64,000 bases of DNA from contig JAOPTW010000014.1 of assembly GCA_051532035.1 (NCBI GenBank), positions 32,001 through 96,000 on the forward strand, written 5' to 3'. The DNA comes from Fibrobacterales bacterium (GTDB lineage Bacteria > Fibrobacterota > Fibrobacteria > Fibrobacterales > JAOPTW01). The notes beneath the pieces are model-generated. The model had not been told where the DNA came from. It saw nothing but the letters and a program-made list of their open reading frames with translations, and ran no database searches. Positions 62,001-64,000 of this stretch are shown piece after piece. How positions within the stretch are numbered: the stretch's first letter is position 1; every line of letters starts with the position of its first letter. The position numbers and the translations under genes were made by a program.

Positions 62001-62747
62001 TACTTCCCAGGGTGTGGATCAGAGCGTATGTTCCCCCAAATCAGTCTCGCGACCATCGCTATGTTCTACGATGCAGGAGTTCGGGTCGTGATACCTCCTC
62101 AATATGTATGTTGTGGATATCCATTCAAGTCAGCAGGCAAATCTGAAAAGGTCGAGCAAATAGTAGGATCAAACAAAGTACTCTTTCATAAGATTGCAAA
62201 GATTGTTGACTATATGAATATCGAAAGTACAGTGGTAACCTGTGGTACCTGTTATGAAATGCTCAGTACTTACGGACTAGAGAACATATTCCCAGAATCC
62301 AACATGCTTGATGCCAATGACTTTTTAGTGAAAAATAATCTCATAGGAAACGTGGGTAACGAACAGATTATTTACCATGAACCATGTCACTCACCACTTA
62401 AGGACAGTAGTACTGATGGTGTAGTCGAAGCAATCACTGGTAGTAAGCCACTCATTGCACCAAACTGTTGTGGTGAAGTTGGGACATTAGCAATTTCAAA
62501 CCCTTATATCTCAAACACTATCCGGGAGCGAAAACAGACTCAGATCCAGGACCTCACTGATAACAAAAAAGTTGAAGTACTCACCACCTGCCCTGCCTGT
62601 ACTCAAGGTCTTTCGAAAATTCACGATGACATTACTGTTGAAGGTAAACATATGATGGTCTACCTAGCTGAGAAGAAGCTTGGAAAGAACTGGATGAAAG
62701 ATTTCTTTAAACATGGTAAAAAAGGGTTAGAGAAAAGCCTGCTATAA
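59049..62747 (+). CDS. Large FAD-linked/4Fe-4S oxidoreductase (DUF3683 + FAD_binding_4 + FAD-oxidase_C + Fer4 + CCG; GlcD/GlcF-like fusion)
   Basis: REIPYNYTS, RGGGTGLTGG, HMHAGDGNIH, GEHGIG, NPGK, CVRCGKC...C, CTMCHRC...CP, and CCG motifs. Confidence 0.88.
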   Translation: MSINYREIPYNYTSLTDKEIILKYLDSEAWDILEELRSHRVTGKSAKMLFEIIGDIFIIDRNPYISNDFSETPQKLRKIKAQHKRRLEMIEAGASNEHKESILIKKTRKLVRDFFKNIEGKTKQEKKILSAFSSATNKQNIKFSAFHKVAHCTDATDWRIEYPEVIIYPDSAKELPQLVKIAQKLGLKIIARGGGTGLTGGAVPVVPNTLIINTEKLNKVGAIEMVTTKEGKELPIINLETGVITNDATAHCKNKGYVFATDPTSAWASSIGGNIAENAGGKKAVMWGCCIDNLYSFKMVLAGGRLIEVERKNHPHRKIEETDIVEYETYEYDKKGNRTLLDTFTLKATEVRKKGLGKDITNKALGGVPGIQKEGGDGIIYDTRFVLYTPFNHARTICLEFYGTNMVNASKAIVEIRESFGTSDYVFLTALEHFDDVYMDKIDYNVKSNRNESPKAVLLIDVESNDENAVDSACKDITELVQEYNTEGFIASDADESERYWKDRKNLGAIAKHTNGFKTNEDIVVPIKKMPGIIDFFDKLNAEKELDNSIQTIEEIERFCESLKSKNIDGISSDKVDLYIQEINAYAVWCKLMWDNIENPTKNVDASYPSEERTIFKMIQDGEIKPDFNAKVIQPFHNTFKVFPAILDLFDKTADSVRRRKIIIATHMHAGDGNIHVNIPVHSSDHIMMHETEEVVDIIFKETIRIDGVVSGEHGIGIAKLKYLDESIMEEYAEHKKKIDPSDLFNPGKLAKGFPFEKVYTPSFNLLELEAFVLEATDLQSLSESIANCVRCGKCKPVCNTHYPEGTMFYSPRNKILGVGLIMEAVLYDTLTSNSISFRNFKKLTEIAQNCTMCHRCEAPCPVNIDFGDVTLNIKKLLNARKKAVFHPGVAFAYFFLSLKGVWINQVFRFGMFKVGYRLQRLGHALMRPFEKVITKTIPGIYEMVKGRYPMTTLPTLREQFKLSDRNSVYTFHNPDKEVVKTVFYFPGCGSERMFPQISLATIAMFYDAGVRVVIPPQYVCCGYPFKSAGKSEKVEQIVGSNKVLFHKIAKIVDYMNIESTVVTCGTCYEMLSTYGLENIFPESNMLDANDFLVKNNLIGNVGNEQIIYHEPCHSPLKDSSTDGVVEAITGSKPLIAPNCCGEVGTLAISNPYISNTIRERKQTQIQDLTDNKKVEVLTTCPACTQGLSKIHDDITVEGKHMMVYLAEKKLGKNWMKDFFKHGKKGLEKSLL

Positions 62748-62767
62748 GAAAGAGTTCAGATATAATT

Positions 62768-62812
62768 AACAATACAGCAGAGGTGATACCCACTCTCTGC
62801 TGTATTGTTTTT
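62768..62812 (+). terminator. Intrinsic terminator
   Basis: AACAATACAGCAGAG/CTCTGCTGTATTGTT followed by a T run. Confidence 0.85.
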
Positions 62813-62913
62813 ATAGAGTACCTTTAAGCCCCCTTCTCCTCATTCCCCCTCCCCCTTTATCGCAATTCTTAAAAAAGCGCCACCATACTACTGCTTCTAA
62901 CTATATTTCTCAT

Positions 62914-63810
62914 ATGGAGCAAACCCAATACCAATATAGTAGTACCGAGATATACAAAGCCTACTTTAAGACTATAGGTAAATCCTTTGATTGCGATCTC
63001 AAAAATGAGCCCAAAGTGGTTTCAATTCCACTTCTTGCAAAATACTACGACAATTTTCTCTTTGATGGTTTTGGTACCTTCTACGACAAAAGTGGTCTCT
63101 ATGACTATGCAGAAGAGTCTCTCATGCTCCTCAGGCAACATTTTAAACAAATTAGACTCGTGACCAATTCAGGCTCTCTTACCATAAAAGAAATTCAAAA
63201 AAAACTGAGTGAAGATGGTCTCTATTTTCATCCAACCGAAATTATCAGCTCAGGCTCTCTCTTTAAAACCCTTAATAGTACTCTTAGAATAAGCGAGGCA
63301 TTCCATTTAGGGGCCGATAGTTCCAAAGCACTTGTTGAAGATGGAGGTGTTGCACTAACCACGACCCCCGATCAACCTATTGTCATTCTCAATTCACAAG
63401 ACTTCACGGAGAGTGATTTTGAACATGCTGAAAAAATATTGAGAAAAGACGGGGCACTGCTTATAGTACTCAACCCTGATGCCTTTGCACCTCTCAAAGG
63501 TGAGAATCCTTACCCTACAGTGGGTTACTACGGCTGGGATCTCCATAAACGAACTGACTGCAGAATTCTTCACCTGGGCAAGCCTTATCCTCTTATTTAC
63601 ACCCGCGCCTTACAGTCGCTGATACCCTCAACGGGCTCAGTGATTATGATCGGTGACACCCTCGGTACCGATATCGCAGGAGCCAACTTACAAGGGATCG
63701 ATACTGCCCTTGTCCTTACCGGAAATGGAGCCGAAAGTACTCTCAGAGACGAAGAGTATGAACTCACTATTAGACCTACCTACTACCTTAATAATTTAAA
63801 AGCAAAGTAA
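62914..63810 (+). CDS. HAD-superfamily subfamily IIA hydrolase
   Basis: FLFDGFGT (motif I variant), VTNS, NPD, GKPYP and MIGDTLGTDIAGA. Confidence 0.88.
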   Translation: MEQTQYQYSSTEIYKAYFKTIGKSFDCDLKNEPKVVSIPLLAKYYDNFLFDGFGTFYDKSGLYDYAEESLMLLRQHFKQIRLVTNSGSLTIKEIQKKLSEDGLYFHPTEIISSGSLFKTLNSTLRISEAFHLGADSSKALVEDGGVALTTTPDQPIVILNSQDFTESDFEHAEKILRKDGALLIVLNPDAFAPLKGENPYPTVGYYGWDLHKRTDCRILHLGKPYPLIYTRALQSLIPSTGSVIMIGDTLGTDIAGANLQGIDTALVLTGNGAESTLRDEEYELTIRPTYYLNNLKAK

Positions 63811-64000
63811 ATTTAATTTTACTTTTTTTAACTTATGTAGCAAAAACCAAGCCCTCTCATATATCTGACAGATACACAATTAAGGTTTTAGTTCAATTTT
63901 TAAGTTTATTATTAAGATCATACCTGAATTGTTAACAATAATTTTGCATTAAACGTTCTTTTATGATAAAATAATCACTCAAACAATTCAAATTCGAATA

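Noticed and set aside
62914..63810. HAD motif I DGFG, lacking the second Asp, as a pseudogene sign
   Set aside because: Some HAD-IIA subgroups naturally carry an aromatic residue there, and the other motifs are intact.
1..64000. tRNA, rRNA, IS/transposase, integrase, prophage or anti-phage defence genes
   Set aside because: No recognisable motifs by eye. tRNAscan-SE, ISEScan and DefenseFinder would be needed to exclude them formally.

Overview
Bacterial chromosomal segment with about 45 protein-coding genes and no rRNA, tRNA, CRISPR array or intact mobile element that I can see. Ser-rich lipoproteins, the ParC/ParE type, flagellar signalling genes and a TAYATTT promoter-like motif suggest a motile FCB-group organism, possibly Fibrobacterota; this is inference only. 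Housekeeping genes: cyclophilin, fabF, orn, lgt, PBP1A, ftsK, gcvT, DAHP synthase, M20 and M3 peptidases, a znuABC-like transporter, parE-parC and CoADR-rhodanese. Signalling: CHASE2 adenylate cyclase, hybrid kinase, two MCPs, response regulators and two FapA/DUF342 paralogues. Secreted proteins: an edge-truncated GLUG protein missed by the ORF track, a GH33 sialidase-LamG lipoprotein, a zincin lipoprotein and a patatin/beta-barrel protein. Best leads: (1) a histone-H1-like xxKK-repeat protein fused to a glycogen-binding CBM48, possibly a glycogen-nucleoid tether analogous to PhaF/PhaM; (2) an apparent FapA-HK-RR-FapA operon with a sensor-less kinase and an output-less regulator; (3) a near-consensus sigma28 promoter ahead of an orphan, probably disordered protein; (4) a catalytically degenerate patatin-barrel protein next to a PilHI-like ABC transporter; (5) a roughly 200-aa four-repeat insertion in a CHASE2 sensor. 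All family calls come from reading motifs by eye; no database searches were run.
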